From contig JAITTR010000088.1 in the NCBI GenBank assembly GCA_031286725.1, positions 1-29,984 on the forward strand: a stretch of DNA of 29,984 nucleotides, in the 5' to 3' direction. The notes beneath the pieces were generated by a model that did no database searches, had not been told where the DNA came from, and saw only the letters and a list, made by a program, of their open reading frames with translations. The DNA is from Holosporales bacterium (GTDB lineage Bacteria; Pseudomonadota; Alphaproteobacteria; RUG11792). The position numbers and the translations under genes are program-made. This document shows positions 1-9,260 of the stretch, one piece after another (positions within the stretch are counted from its first letter, which is position 1; each line of letters begins with the position of its first letter).

Positions 1-99
1 GATTATATAGACGGCCAACTCCCCGCCTATATTCTTAGAATACCTGAGAGTTTAATAAAACGCAAAAACTTTTTTATCCTCTAAAATTTTATGCAAATT
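1..99 (-). repeat. Partial copy (R0) of the dispersed sORF/hairpin repeat unit, upstream block only; truncated by the window edge
   Basis: ATATAGACGGCCAACT-CCCCGCCTATATT...AAAAACTTTTTT...CTAAAATTTTATGCAAATT aligns by eye with 9485-9588 and 23593-23696. Confidence 0.9.
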
Positions 100-144
100 A
101 GAAACAAGGTTAAACAAAAGGCGGCAAAGTTACGCAAGACTTAT

Positions 145-1524
145 TTAGCATACGACTTTTTTTTCGGCGATAGCTTTTTTATAGGTTTTGCCAAGGTATA
201 CCGCTATTATTGCTAATACGACAATCAATGGAAACCCAACTATTCCAATTAAAGTTAAATAGTATGCCATTCCGGTAGCTCCGCCGAAAGCGGTTTGTAA
301 TGGTTTCAACAACATGCAAAATAGCGAGCTTGCTCCTTTGGAAAGTCTCGATTCAAAAGCGTCTATCCACGCCTGAGCCTTATATCGAGCGGAAGTTGAC
401 GTTGGGATGTACAGTTGTTTTAAAGTTGGGTTGTTTAAGGCAAATTTTATGGCTTTGCCACCAGCCATTAATACAAATAAAAGAGTCAATGAATCAAATG
501 TTAAAAACAAAAAGAGAGAGAATCCCCAAAGTAGAGGCATAAAGAGAAGGGCAACTTTCAATCCCATAAATCTTGGGATATTAGTTACTCCAATAAATAA
601 AAGAGCTGTAGATATTATATTAAGGCTTGACGAATATAGGCCAAAATAGTCGCTGAGCTCTATACCGGAGAATACCTCGCTTGCTTTCAATTTAAAGCTG
701 AAATCAAAAGTCGTCAATAAAAATTCAATAATGAATCCGAATATAAAGATACAGCATAAATATTTTTGGGACAATATAAGTTTAATTCCGTCCGTAAAAT
801 TAGGCTTTTTATTTGATATTTCCTCTTTTTCCCTTTTTTTCTCTTCTCCGCTTTCGAAGCCAGCCAACAATTGGTCCGGGGTCGTTTTGAAGAAATGTTT
901 CACAAGAGGAATTACTGCCAACATTAGAATACCCAGGATAATCATCGAAAGTAAATCGGTTTCAAACCCAAATCTATTCGACAAACCGACTACAGGATAC
1001 GGGAGGAAAATACCTCCGCTTTGGCCTATTAAGAATATAAAAGGAATTCCTCGACGCGCGCTTTGAGGCGTTGCGCTATCGGTAACTATTCCCCAAAAGT
1101 GGGTAATTAAAAGCACACCCCAACTATCTCCCCAGAAGAACCAGGAATAAGCAATAATAGAGGTTCCTATAGGGGCGGAATATATTTTAGCTTCGCAGAT
1201 AAACACAAGCATAGCGAGGCCAAGAGTAATAATGCCATAGACTAGAGGAATCGTAGCAAACAACTTTTCTTTTGAATGTCTTCCGATTAAATAGGTGTAA
1301 AATCCAATTAGCGGTATTATTAATAAAACGGATACCATTTTAGCATAAGGAATATACGCGCCTCCAACAAGCCGTATAAACGCCGAATCTCTTAAAGATT
1401 GTACAATCCAGTAATTTCCAACAAGCATGAAAAGTATAAAACCCAACCTAATAAATTTTCGAAGTTCTTGTTCTTCGAATTCTCCAAAGCTAAACTTACA
1501 AAATTTTATTAACAGCTTGATCAT
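145..1524 (-). CDS. Npt/Tlc-family nucleotide (NTP/NDP) transporter, MFS-like, about 12 TM
   Basis: Hydrophobic ~460 aa protein with family-like motifs RDS.F, FWG, KQLYIPT...RYKAQAWID..SR.SKG. ATG at 1524 follows an AGGGAAG SD; the ORF track extends to a TTG at 1554. Substrate cannot be assigned. Confidence 0.8.
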   Translation of the reverse strand: MIKLLIKFCKFSFGEFEEQELRKFIRLGFILFMLVGNYWIVQSLRDSAFIRLVGGAYIPYAKMVSVLLIIPLIGFYTYLIGRHSKEKLFATIPLVYGIITLGLAMLVFICEAKIYSAPIGTSIIAYSWFFWGDSWGVLLITHFWGIVTDSATPQSARRGIPFIFLIGQSGGIFLPYPVVGLSNRFGFETDLLSMIILGILMLAVIPLVKHFFKTTPDQLLAGFESGEEKKREKEEISNKKPNFTDGIKLILSQKYLCCIFIFGFIIEFLLTTFDFSFKLKASEVFSGIELSDYFGLYSSSLNIISTALLFIGVTNIPRFMGLKVALLFMPLLWGFSLFLFLTFDSLTLLFVLMAGGKAIKFALNNPTLKQLYIPTSTSARYKAQAWIDAFESRLSKGASSLFCMLLKPLQTAFGGATGMAYYLTLIGIVGFPLIVVLAIIAVYLGKTYKKAIAEKKVVC

Positions 1525-1693
1525 GTTAGCTTCCCTGAATGGCAAATTGACCAATTAAGCAAATAGAATAACGTATAAATATAGATTTTTCAATAACTTT
1601 TGCCTCCCGCCGAAGTTTTTCAATTATATACCTCATAAGACCTGAGACAGCTCGGGATAGGCGAGTCGCCTTCATAAATATTCCAAAGCTTTC

Positions 1694-1722
1694 TTGCTAA
1701 CTTTGCGAGACTTTAGTACGAT
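1694..1722 (+). promoter_or_regulatory. Candidate sigma70 promoter of the methyltransferase-vsr operon
   Basis: TTGCTA (1694-1699), 17-bp spacer, TACGAT (1717-1722), 30 nt upstream of the TTG start. Confidence 0.5.
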
Positions 1723-1752
1723 TGCGCTAAAGAAAATAAAACGGGTTGGAAG

Positions 1753-2694
1753 TTGCGAAAGTATAAGTTTATAGACTTATTTTGCGGGATAGGAGGATTT
1801 CGAGTGGCTTTAGAGAGACGTGGTTTCGAATGCGTATTTTCAAGCGATATAGATCCATATGCTCAAGAAGCCTATATGAAAAATTTCGGGGAAAAACCGG
1901 AAGGAGATATAACCGAAATTTCAAATAACAGGATACCGAAACACGATATTTTATGTGCTGGATTTCCTTGTCAGGCATTCAGTATTTCCGGCAAAATGGG
2001 CGGTATCTCAGATTCGAGAGGCCGTTTGTTTTACGAAGTTATAAGAGTTGCGGAATACCGAAAGCCTTACGTTTTACTTTTGGAAAACGTCGGGAATATT
2101 TTGTCAATTGATGGCGGAAATGTCGCAAGCATAATAGAAAAGAAATTAGATCTGATAGGATACGATTTGCATAAGCATGTTTTAAATTCCTCTTTTTTTG
2201 GGGTGCCGCAGGCTAGAAAGAGAGTGTATTTTGTAGCCATAAGAAAGGATCTTAAGGACGAAATAAAATACGAAAGGCCGAAAGAAACCTTTCAAGAAAT
2301 ATTTTTGGAAGACGTTTTGGAGACTAACGTGGACAAAAGCCTTTTTTTAGATCGTCTTGACGTCAAGATGACGAAGGACGAAAGACAAGTCAAAAACGAG
2401 CTTAAGCCAATTAGAATAGGAATCGTAAACAAAGGAGGACAAGGAGAGAGAATTTATAGTCCTAAAGGCCATGCGATAACTCTTTCCGCATATGGCGGCG
2501 GAGCGGGGGCTAAAACAGGACTTTATCTTACCAAAGAAGGCATTCGTAGACTCTCTATAGCCGAATGCAAAAGAGCTATGAGTTTCCCAGAAGAACATTA
2601 TGTAATCGAAGGTTCTCAAGGATATAAACAGTTAGGTAACGCCGTCGCTCCCGATATAATTGCTCGCGTGTTGAACGGTATAGTCGGGATGTAA
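1753..2694 (+). CDS. DNA (cytosine-5)-methyltransferase, M.HhaI-like (predicted GCGC target)
   Basis: Motifs FIDLFCGIGGF (I), GFPCQAFS (IV, catalytic PC), ENV (VI), PQARKRVY (VIII), KQLGNAV (X). The TRD KGGQGERIYS.KG.AITLSAYGGG..AKTG.YL closely matches the M.HhaI TRD as I recall it. Confidence 0.95.
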   Translation: MRKYKFIDLFCGIGGFRVALERRGFECVFSSDIDPYAQEAYMKNFGEKPEGDITEISNNRIPKHDILCAGFPCQAFSISGKMGGISDSRGRLFYEVIRVAEYRKPYVLLLENVGNILSIDGGNVASIIEKKLDLIGYDLHKHVLNSSFFGVPQARKRVYFVAIRKDLKDEIKYERPKETFQEIFLEDVLETNVDKSLFLDRLDVKMTKDERQVKNELKPIRIGIVNKGGQGERIYSPKGHAITLSAYGGGAGAKTGLYLTKEGIRRLSIAECKRAMSFPEEHYVIEGSQGYKQLGNAVAPDIIARVLNGIVGM

Positions 2695-2699
2695 TTGAT

Positions 2700-3125
2700 A
2701 TGAACGATATTTTTGATAAGAAAACACGATCTTCTATTATGAAAAGCGTCAAATCGTCAAAAAACAAGTCCACGGAATTAAGACTAATATCTATTTTTAA
2801 TGAACTCCAAATTAAAGGATGGAGAAGAAATTATAAGATAAAAGGCAAGCCTGACTTTGTTTTTCAGAAAGCTAGAATAGCAGTGTTTGCAGACGGATGT
2901 TTTTGGCATGGACATAATTGCCGAAATACAACGCCCAAAGATAATGACAATTATTGGAGCGCTAAGATAAGCCGGAATAAAAAACGAGACCAGGATATTA
3001 CGAAATATCTCGAGCAAAAAGGATGGAAAATAATTAGGATTTGGGAATGCGAATTGCAAAATAAAAACAAGACGAACATAGAGTTAAGGCTCAAGCCAAT
3101 TGTAGAACAGTCCGTATATAAATAG
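2700..3125 (+). CDS. vsr: Very short patch repair endonuclease
   Basis: D.F....RS.IM..VKS..K.TE..L, KPDFVF....IAVFADGCFWHGH, W..KI.RN..RD, GW.IIRIWECEL; directly downstream of a C5-MTase, the typical context. Confidence 0.95.
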   Translation: MNDIFDKKTRSSIMKSVKSSKNKSTELRLISIFNELQIKGWRRNYKIKGKPDFVFQKARIAVFADGCFWHGHNCRNTTPKDNDNYWSAKISRNKKRDQDITKYLEQKGWKIIRIWECELQNKNKTNIELRLKPIVEQSVYK

Positions 3126-3194
3126 ATTCTCTTTTCCCGTTTTTATATCAATAGCGGTAGGTCTTCTCCTCGGTAATTTAAAGGTCTAAAAAAT

Positions 3195-3330
3195 GGGGGA
3201 CTGTCCGTAATATATATAACTCCATTTTTCTTGCGAAATTAATGCTCTCTTTCCTATTTTCATGAACTAACAAACGCAATTTATGAAAATACAATGCTAC
3301 TGTATTTTTACTGATATTATATATTTTGGA
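3195..3330 (-). mobile_element. IS1016-like (IS1595 family) remnant, internally deleted
   Basis: The minus strand encodes ISKNTVALYFHKLRLLVHEN, resembling the IS1016 transposase HTH region (NKNTAAYYFHRLRLLIYQN as recalled). It is followed by TTACGGACAGTCCCCC, resembling the IS1016 right end (...GGACAGCCCC). No DDE portion is present. Confidence 0.6.
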
Positions 3331-3485
3331 AAAGTTAGAAAATGAAAAAAGAGGAGGCGTGGAAGATTCAAGTTTTGCGCTAGATGGAGATTTAATCCGA
3401 CAAATGATAAAAAAGGAGAACAAAATGGACGAAGCTCTCATTGAAAGCTCCCAGAAGAAGCCAATTTTCAGAACATAATATAGAT

Positions 3486-3835
3486 ATTTTAACCGACAGA
3501 GGTAGAAATATTGTGGGAGGATGGAAAGCCACGCATTTCAGGTATACCTTACTATTGAAGAAATAGAACATACGAAGACAAAAACGCCTTATCCCCCAAT
3601 TAACAGAATTGTTGAGAGGGTTCACAAAACTATGAAACAAGAATTCTATGCTGTATCTTTCAAGAAAAATATTTACGAAAGTGTTGAAGAGCTTCACAGA
3701 GATGTTGATGAATGGTTAAAATACTATAACAATGAACCTCCTCACAGTGGAAAATATTGTTATGGAAAAATGCCAAAGCAAACTTTCATAGATTTAAAAC
3801 ATATAGCTTTTGAAAAGAGTAAAAAATTTGTATAA
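3486..3835 (+). pseudogene. IS481-family transposase C-terminal fragment, frameshifted
   Basis: ILTDRG / (1-nt shift) / YCGRMESHAFQVYLTIEEIEHTKTK...N.IVERVHKTMKQEFY....KK.IY.S.EEL..DVDEWLKYYNNE.PH.GK.C.GK.P matches the IS481 integrase-core pattern. The N-terminus is missing. Confidence 0.85.
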
Positions 3836-3909
3836 AAATACATCTGACAGTTATATCTCTTATGACAACCAAATGCGTTAGCTTCTCTATCTCTTGTTTC
3901 CACTTCTTC

Positions 3910-4069
3910 TTACCCATTATATTCCCCAGGCCTTACGCCTATCCATAGCAGTCCTACGAATATTATAACTACCAATGTAACAGTCATTCTGTTTAGGTTC
4001 TTATGCGCTATAGCAAGATCTTGTTTTTAGATATATTATTTCTTGCTCTAGCTTTCTTATTTTATTCAT
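3910..4069 (-). pseudogene. Small single-TM protein with a frameshift
   Basis: MNKIRKLEQEIIYLK / shift in AAAAACAA / DLAIAHKNLNRMTVTLVVIIFVGLLWIGVRPGEYNG*. Read manually. Confidence 0.4.
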
Positions 4070-4097
4070 TATAAATGTCCCTTACTGATGCCTTTTA

Positions 4098-4351
4098 CTA
4101 TTCCCTGTTTATTGCTTCCATCTCTTCTTTATTTTCCATTACTTGTCCCCTTTCGTCTATTGGCCTTCCCCATTTATCTACTTTTACTTTTGCCGGTAGA
4201 CCCAGCTCTTTCCTCAGTTTCGCCACTTCTAATTCCGCTTTTTCTTTTTCCGCTTCATTTTTGTCAGCTTGATGGTTTCTACTTGTTGTACCGCGCTACA
4301 TCCTGTTAGCCCCAATACTATTCCTATACTTACAATTACTTTATTCAGCAT
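4098..4351 (-). pseudogene. Small lipoprotein, apparently frameshifted
   Basis: ATG at 4351 overlaps the end of the upstream ORF. MLNKVIVSIGIVLGLTGC has a lipobox; this frame stops at 4229, while a second frame continues ...DKNEAEKEKAELEVAKLRKELGLPAKVK...INRE* to 4098. Confidence 0.5.
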
Positions 4352-4532
4352 CATCGTCTAATACTCCATTTGGTTCTATTCCTTGCATCTTCGCGATCGT
4401 TTCTTCCGGCGTTTGCGAACTACATCCACTTAGCATACTTACCAGCCACGCTACCGCCCCTAGGCATGCCATTGTTTTTACTGTCATTAACATTATTCCT
4501 ACTCTATATAATACGTTCTCTTTACTCGTCAT
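4341..4532 (-). CDS. Small putative lipoprotein (63 aa)
   Basis: ATGA overlap with the upstream ORF stop; hydrophobic stretch ending in LSGC (lipobox). Confidence 0.55.
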   Translation of the reverse strand: MTSKENVLYRVGIMLMTVKTMACLGAVAWLVSMLSGCSSQTPEETIAKMQGIEPNGVLDDDAE

Positions 4533-4729
4533 CCCAGTGCCCATCCTTCCTTGTACCCTATTTCATACGCCTCTTGATCTAGACACTGGAGTAACTGCAG
4601 CAATCCTCTGTCGTAATGCTTCCTATCGTATGCGTCGTATTTCCCCTCTATTATTAATTCCAAATACCTAAACGCTCCGTTGTCTCGCTCTCCTAGCTCT
4701 ATCATTTCTTTCCTCCATCCTTTCTTCAA
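4529..4729 (-). CDS. Small hypothetical protein (phage-like cluster)
   Basis: 66-aa ORF on a purine-rich strand, translationally coupled to the next ORF; no recognisable motif. Confidence 0.4.
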   Translation of the reverse strand: MKKGWRKEMIELGERDNGAFRYLELIIEGKYDAYDRKHYDRGLLQLLQCLDQEAYEIGYKEGWALG

Positions 4730-4968
4730 TAAATATCAATAAGACATACCAATAATTTTTCCGTCAAAATTTTATACATTATACTACTCATTAGCGGAAT
4801 TGTATACAGGATCTTTTGGTATGAATCCATATTGTCAAAAAGGGCAAGAGAAGCAAATGTCATCAATCTTTGTGTTCCCTATATATTATTTCGAATAAAT
4901 CCATAGATAGTTTAGAACGAGCAGGAAGGGGCGGGAAGTAGAAGGAATTGTTATTTTTAAAGAAGTTA

Positions 4969-7209
4969 TTAAACAAGGATTTCTCGTTTCCCAGTATGAT
5001 TGGGAGCGGATATGGCACCTTTTGCTTCCATTTCTTCAATGATTCTCGCGGCTCTGTTATACCCTATTTGAAGTTTTCTTTGTATGTAACTGATGGATAC
5101 TTTTCTGTCGCTTATTATTATTTCAAGGGCTTTTTTATACATATCGTCAGATTCAAAATCCGAATTCCCCCCGGATTCGGAATCTAAAGATTGCTCGCTA
5201 ATAACGTCTACGTAATCCGGCTCTTTTTGGCCTTTTATATACGAAACGACTCTTTCGACTTCTATATCCTTAACAAACGGACCGTGAACCCGTAATATCC
5301 TTCCGGCTCCGGACATATAAAGCATATCTCCTTGCCCTAAGAGTTGTTCCGCGCCTTGCTCTCCAAGAATTGTTCTGCTGTCAATTTTGGAAGTTACTTG
5401 AAAGGCGATTCTAGTTGGAAAGTTCGCTTTTATTGTTCCGGTTATAACGTCTACGGAAGGCCTTTGGGTCGCCATAATTAAATGTATGCCTGCGGCTCTC
5501 GCCATTTGAGCTAATCTTTGAATTGCCGTTTCAACATCCTTTCCAGCGACAAGCATTAAATCGGCCATCTCGTCGACTATGACGACTATATATGGCATAG
5601 GCTCGAAATCTAACTGCTGAGTTTCGAAAATAGGACGGCCTGTTTCTTGATCGAAACCAGTTTGTACTTTTCTGACTAAGAGGTCGCCGTTTTCTTTAGA
5701 TTCTTTTATTTTTTTATTGAATCCGTCGACATTTCTTACTCCTAACTTGGACATTTGCCTATATCTATTTTCCATTTCGACAACTGCCCATTTTAATGCG
5801 AAAACGGCTTTTTTAGGATCCGTAACGACCGGAGTCAAAAGATGCGGAATTTCGTCGTATACTGATAATTCCAACATTTTAGGATCTATCATAATTAATT
5901 TGCAATCGCTTGGAGAAAACTTAAACAGTATTGATAAGATCATGTCGTTTATGGATACGGATTTTCCTGAGCCAGTCGTCCCGGCGACGAGCAGATGAGG
6001 CATTTTGGAAAGATCCGCCATCACGGGATTTCCGCTTATATCCTTTCCAAGAATGAGGGGTATTCCTATCGAAAAATTTTTAAACGTTTCAGAGGATAAC
6101 AGCTCCCTTAAATAAACGGTATGACGACGCTTGTTTGGAAGCTCTATTCCTATCGCGTTTTGGCCTGGGATTATTGAGATTCTAGCGGAAATAGCGCTCA
6201 TAGATCTCGCAATATCGTCGCTTAAGCTAATGACTCTGGAGGTTTTTATGCCAGGAGCTGGCCTAAATTCGAACATAGTCACTACCGGCCCTTGCCTTAC
6301 GTTTAATATTTCTCCTTTCACTCCAAATTCTTCTAAAACGCTGCAAAGTTCGGTTGATAAAGCCTCTATTTTCCTTTCGTCTTGATAAGATTCTTTTTGA
6401 TTAAATTTATCTAATAATTCAACGCTTGGAAGCGTGTAGGCTCCTCCTCCAACAACAAGACCAGTCATATCTTCAATATCTTCTTCTTGAGAGAAAGTTT
6501 CTGTTGGTATTGGTTGTTTGTTTTCTTTATTTTCTGCTATATTGGGAATGCCTTCCCAGATAGGGGGAATGTTTTCTTTTTGTTTTCTTTTTAAGGTATT
6601 AGAAACAATTTTATTTATTCCCGATAATATTTTCGAAGTGTGTTCTTTAGCCGAATAGAAACTAATAAAATAAGCTTTTTTCGCTATTAATAGCCAAATA
6701 ACGCTCAAAAGAATAAAAATATATTTACATAAACTTGATTTGTTTAGCCCGTTAACAAATATCATTTTCGATATAGAATAGCCAAAAAAACCGCCAGCAA
6801 AATAGTCTATATTTAATTTGTTTATAATATTTATTCCAAAACGATTTGAGGAAAATACGTTTAATACGACGCAGCCAATAATTGTAAAACAAATAAGCGT
6901 TAGATACTTGTGTTTTATATAGTGTATTTTTCCTGAGACGATATTCCAACCCCAAATAAACAATAAAATACTTAAAAAGTAACTTATTAATCCAAAAAAT
7001 TGAACAAACAAATCAGAAATATACGCTCCGTATATACCAAATATATTTTTAATATCCGAATCTGAAGCGACAAAAATTCCGGGATCCGCCAAATTATGCG
7101 AAATTAAGGAAATAATTAAGAATATAGAAAATAACGATAATATTATCCCGAACAAAAATCCTTTTAGACTTCTTCTCGTATTCTCTTTTATATGTTCTAT
7201 TTTTTTCAT
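4969..7209 (-). CDS. ftsK: DNA translocase FtsK
   Basis: N-terminal TM domain, PHLLVAGTTGSGKS Walker A, IVVIVDEMADLM Walker B, ARAAGIHLIMATQRPSVDV, gamma domain SISYIQRKLQIGYNRAARII. Confidence 0.98.
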   Translation of the reverse strand: MKKIEHIKENTRRSLKGFLFGIILSLFSIFLIISLISHNLADPGIFVASDSDIKNIFGIYGAYISDLFVQFFGLISYFLSILLFIWGWNIVSGKIHYIKHKYLTLICFTIIGCVVLNVFSSNRFGINIINKLNIDYFAGGFFGYSISKMIFVNGLNKSSLCKYIFILLSVIWLLIAKKAYFISFYSAKEHTSKILSGINKIVSNTLKRKQKENIPPIWEGIPNIAENKENKQPIPTETFSQEEDIEDMTGLVVGGGAYTLPSVELLDKFNQKESYQDERKIEALSTELCSVLEEFGVKGEILNVRQGPVVTMFEFRPAPGIKTSRVISLSDDIARSMSAISARISIIPGQNAIGIELPNKRRHTVYLRELLSSETFKNFSIGIPLILGKDISGNPVMADLSKMPHLLVAGTTGSGKSVSINDMILSILFKFSPSDCKLIMIDPKMLELSVYDEIPHLLTPVVTDPKKAVFALKWAVVEMENRYRQMSKLGVRNVDGFNKKIKESKENGDLLVRKVQTGFDQETGRPIFETQQLDFEPMPYIVVIVDEMADLMLVAGKDVETAIQRLAQMARAAGIHLIMATQRPSVDVITGTIKANFPTRIAFQVTSKIDSRTILGEQGAEQLLGQGDMLYMSGAGRILRVHGPFVKDIEVERVVSYIKGQKEPDYVDVISEQSLDSESGGNSDFESDDMYKKALEIIISDRKVSISYIQRKLQIGYNRAARIIEEMEAKGAISAPNHTGKREILV

Positions 7210-7455
7210 TCTAAAAAATATTTGTTATTTTCTATAAATAATAGCAAAAAAATAATCGCTATTAAATACGCATCGTTAGCGTATAAAAATTTGATCATTT
7301 TGCTTTTGATGATGGCATATAAACGGCAACCTGGGAATAACATCTGCTCAAGAGTAAGAGCTCTTCTTTGAGTTATGGAAAATTAATTTTGAAATCCATA
7401 TAATAGACAGTATACTATATGCTATTGTTATATTGTTAGCTCGGGATTTGGACGG

Positions 7456-8826
7456 ATGACTATAAAATACGAAAACCAAGAATCGAATATAGAAAAAGGG
7501 GCAGGCCCTAAGATAGTCGTTATTGGCGTCGGGGGAGCAGGGGGAAATGCCGTAAATAATATGATACGCTCCAATCTTGAAGGAGTGGTTTTTGTCATAG
7601 CCAATACTGATTCTCAAGCTTTAAGACAATCTCTAGTTCCAGAAGATCAAAGAATTCAATTAGGTTTAACTATAACTCAAGGCCTTGGGGCAGGCTCGAA
7701 ACCAGACGTTGGAAAAGCTGCTGCGGAAGAATCTTCGGAAGAAGTTTTGAAGTTTATTCAAGGGGCGAATATGGTTTTCATAACCGCGGGAATGGGCGGA
7801 GGCACGGGAACCGGAGCCGCTCCTGTAATAGCCAGAATCGCGAGAGAAGCAGGGATCTTAACCGTAGGAGTTGTAACCAAGCCTTTTTCGTTTGAAGGAT
7901 CTCATAGAGCCAAATCCGCGGAAAAAGGCATAGAGGATCTACAGCAATACGTTGACACTCTGTTAATAATTCCAAACCAAAATTTATTTAGATTAGCAAC
8001 CGAAAATACAACTTTTGCCGATGCTTTTAAAATGGCTGACGAAGTTTTATATTCCGGAGTTCGAGGCGTCACAGACTTAATGATAATGCCTGGGCTTATT
8101 AATCTTGATTTTGCCGATATTCGATCCATTATGAGCGAAATGGGCAAAGCTATGATGGGAACGGGAGAATCCGAAGGGGAAAGAAGAGCCTTAGACGCTG
8201 CGGAAGCCGCTATTTCGAATCCTCTTTTAGACGACGTTTCCTTACAAGGAGCGCGAGGAGTTCTTATTAATATAACCGGCGGTTACGATATCACTTTATA
8301 CGAGGTTGACGAAGCTGCCAATAGAATTAGAGACGATGTAGATTCCGAAGCAATTATAATATTCGGCTCGACGTTCGACGAAAGGCTAAACGGAAAAGTA
8401 AGAGTTTCTGTCGTAGCGACCGGAATTGGCGGAGCTCAAGATTCAATATTTAAAAATAGAGACATATCCGGAGTTATGGGGTTGAATAAACGCGATTCAA
8501 ACGCAAAAATGTTCGAGCAAGTCTCAATGAAAAACATTGAGCAAAAAGAAGAACAAAAATATTCAGACAATATAATAGACTTGCCGGGAAACGACGATTT
8601 AATCCAACCCCAGGTTTCTGAATATATTGAAAAGCCAAAGAGAAAAGCCGGATCGTTTTTCGACATGTTTACGTCCAGACACAAACGAGATTCGATAAAA
8701 ACCGAAGAAGATTATTCGTCTTTGGAAGTTCGAAAAAACGTTTTTAAAGAACGTAAAGACGAATTATCTGAATCTGAACTTCAAGACGATCTCGAAATAC
8801 CTTCTTGTTTTAGAAAAAAGAAATAG
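7456..8826 (+). CDS. ftsZ: Cell division protein FtsZ
   Basis: [26 protein letters not shown] tubulin signature, NLDFAD, C-terminal core [11 protein letters not shown]. Confidence 0.99.
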   Translation: MTIKYENQESNIEKGAGPKIVVIGVGGAGGNAVNNMIRSNLEGVVFVIANTDSQALRQSLVPEDQRIQLGLTITQGLGAGSKPDVGKAAAEESSEEVLKFIQGANMVFITAGMGGGTGTGAAPVIARIAREAGILTVGVVTKPFSFEGSHRAKSAEKGIEDLQQYVDTLLIIPNQNLFRLATENTTFADAFKMADEVLYSGVRGVTDLMIMPGLINLDFADIRSIMSEMGKAMMGTGESEGERRALDAAEAAISNPLLDDVSLQGARGVLINITGGYDITLYEVDEAANRIRDDVDSEAIIIFGSTFDERLNGKVRVSVVATGIGGAQDSIFKNRDISGVMGLNKRDSNAKMFEQVSMKNIEQKEEQKYSDNIIDLPGNDDLIQPQVSEYIEKPKRKAGSFFDMFTSRHKRDSIKTEEDYSSLEVRKNVFKERKDELSESELQDDLEIPSCFRKKK

Positions 8827-8831
8827 ACGGA

Positions 8832-9209
8832 ATGGCTTGCTTTGATGCGATAATTGTTGCTATAATAACCGGTTGCTTTCCCATATTAGCCCTCTTATTG
8901 TCGAAATTCTCCGGTCTAATAAATAAGAAAAATGAGCGTTCTGTCTCATCAGCTTACGAATGCGGCTTTGAGAAAAAAGACAATAATTTTCAATACATCG
9001 GGAATATGGTTATTATTACGCTATCTATTATAATAGAGCTAATAGTCGTCTTATTATTTCTATGTTGTATGTTTAATATACAATCCCTAACTTTGTATGG
9101 AAAAGTATGCGCGCGAATATTATTATCCATATTGATTATATCGATAATTTTATCATATAAATGCTTAGCTAAAGACTTAAAAAAGAGGAGACCGTTTTTT
9201 ACCGCTTGA
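8832..9209 (+). CDS. nuoA: Degenerate NADH-quinone oxidoreductase subunit A (NuoA/ND3)-like protein
   Basis: 125 aa, three hydrophobic segments, with the SAYECGF loop motif after TM1. The TM2 FDLE motif has decayed to IELI and the PW motif is absent. Confidence 0.65.
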   Translation: MACFDAIIVAIITGCFPILALLLSKFSGLINKKNERSVSSAYECGFEKKDNNFQYIGNMVIITLSIIIELIVVLLFLCCMFNIQSLTLYGKVCARILLSILIISIILSYKCLAKDLKKRRPFFTA

Positions 9210-9260
9210 GCTTTTTCGAATTTATTAAGAAGGTATAAGTCTATTAAGTTTTGTATTAGA

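Noticed and set aside
3085-3180. Minus-strand fragment KLPRRRPTAIDIKTGKENLFIYGLFYNWLEP* as the tail of a restriction endonuclease
   Set aside because: Too short, no PD-(D/E)XK or other motif, and no resemblance to R.HhaI as I recall it.
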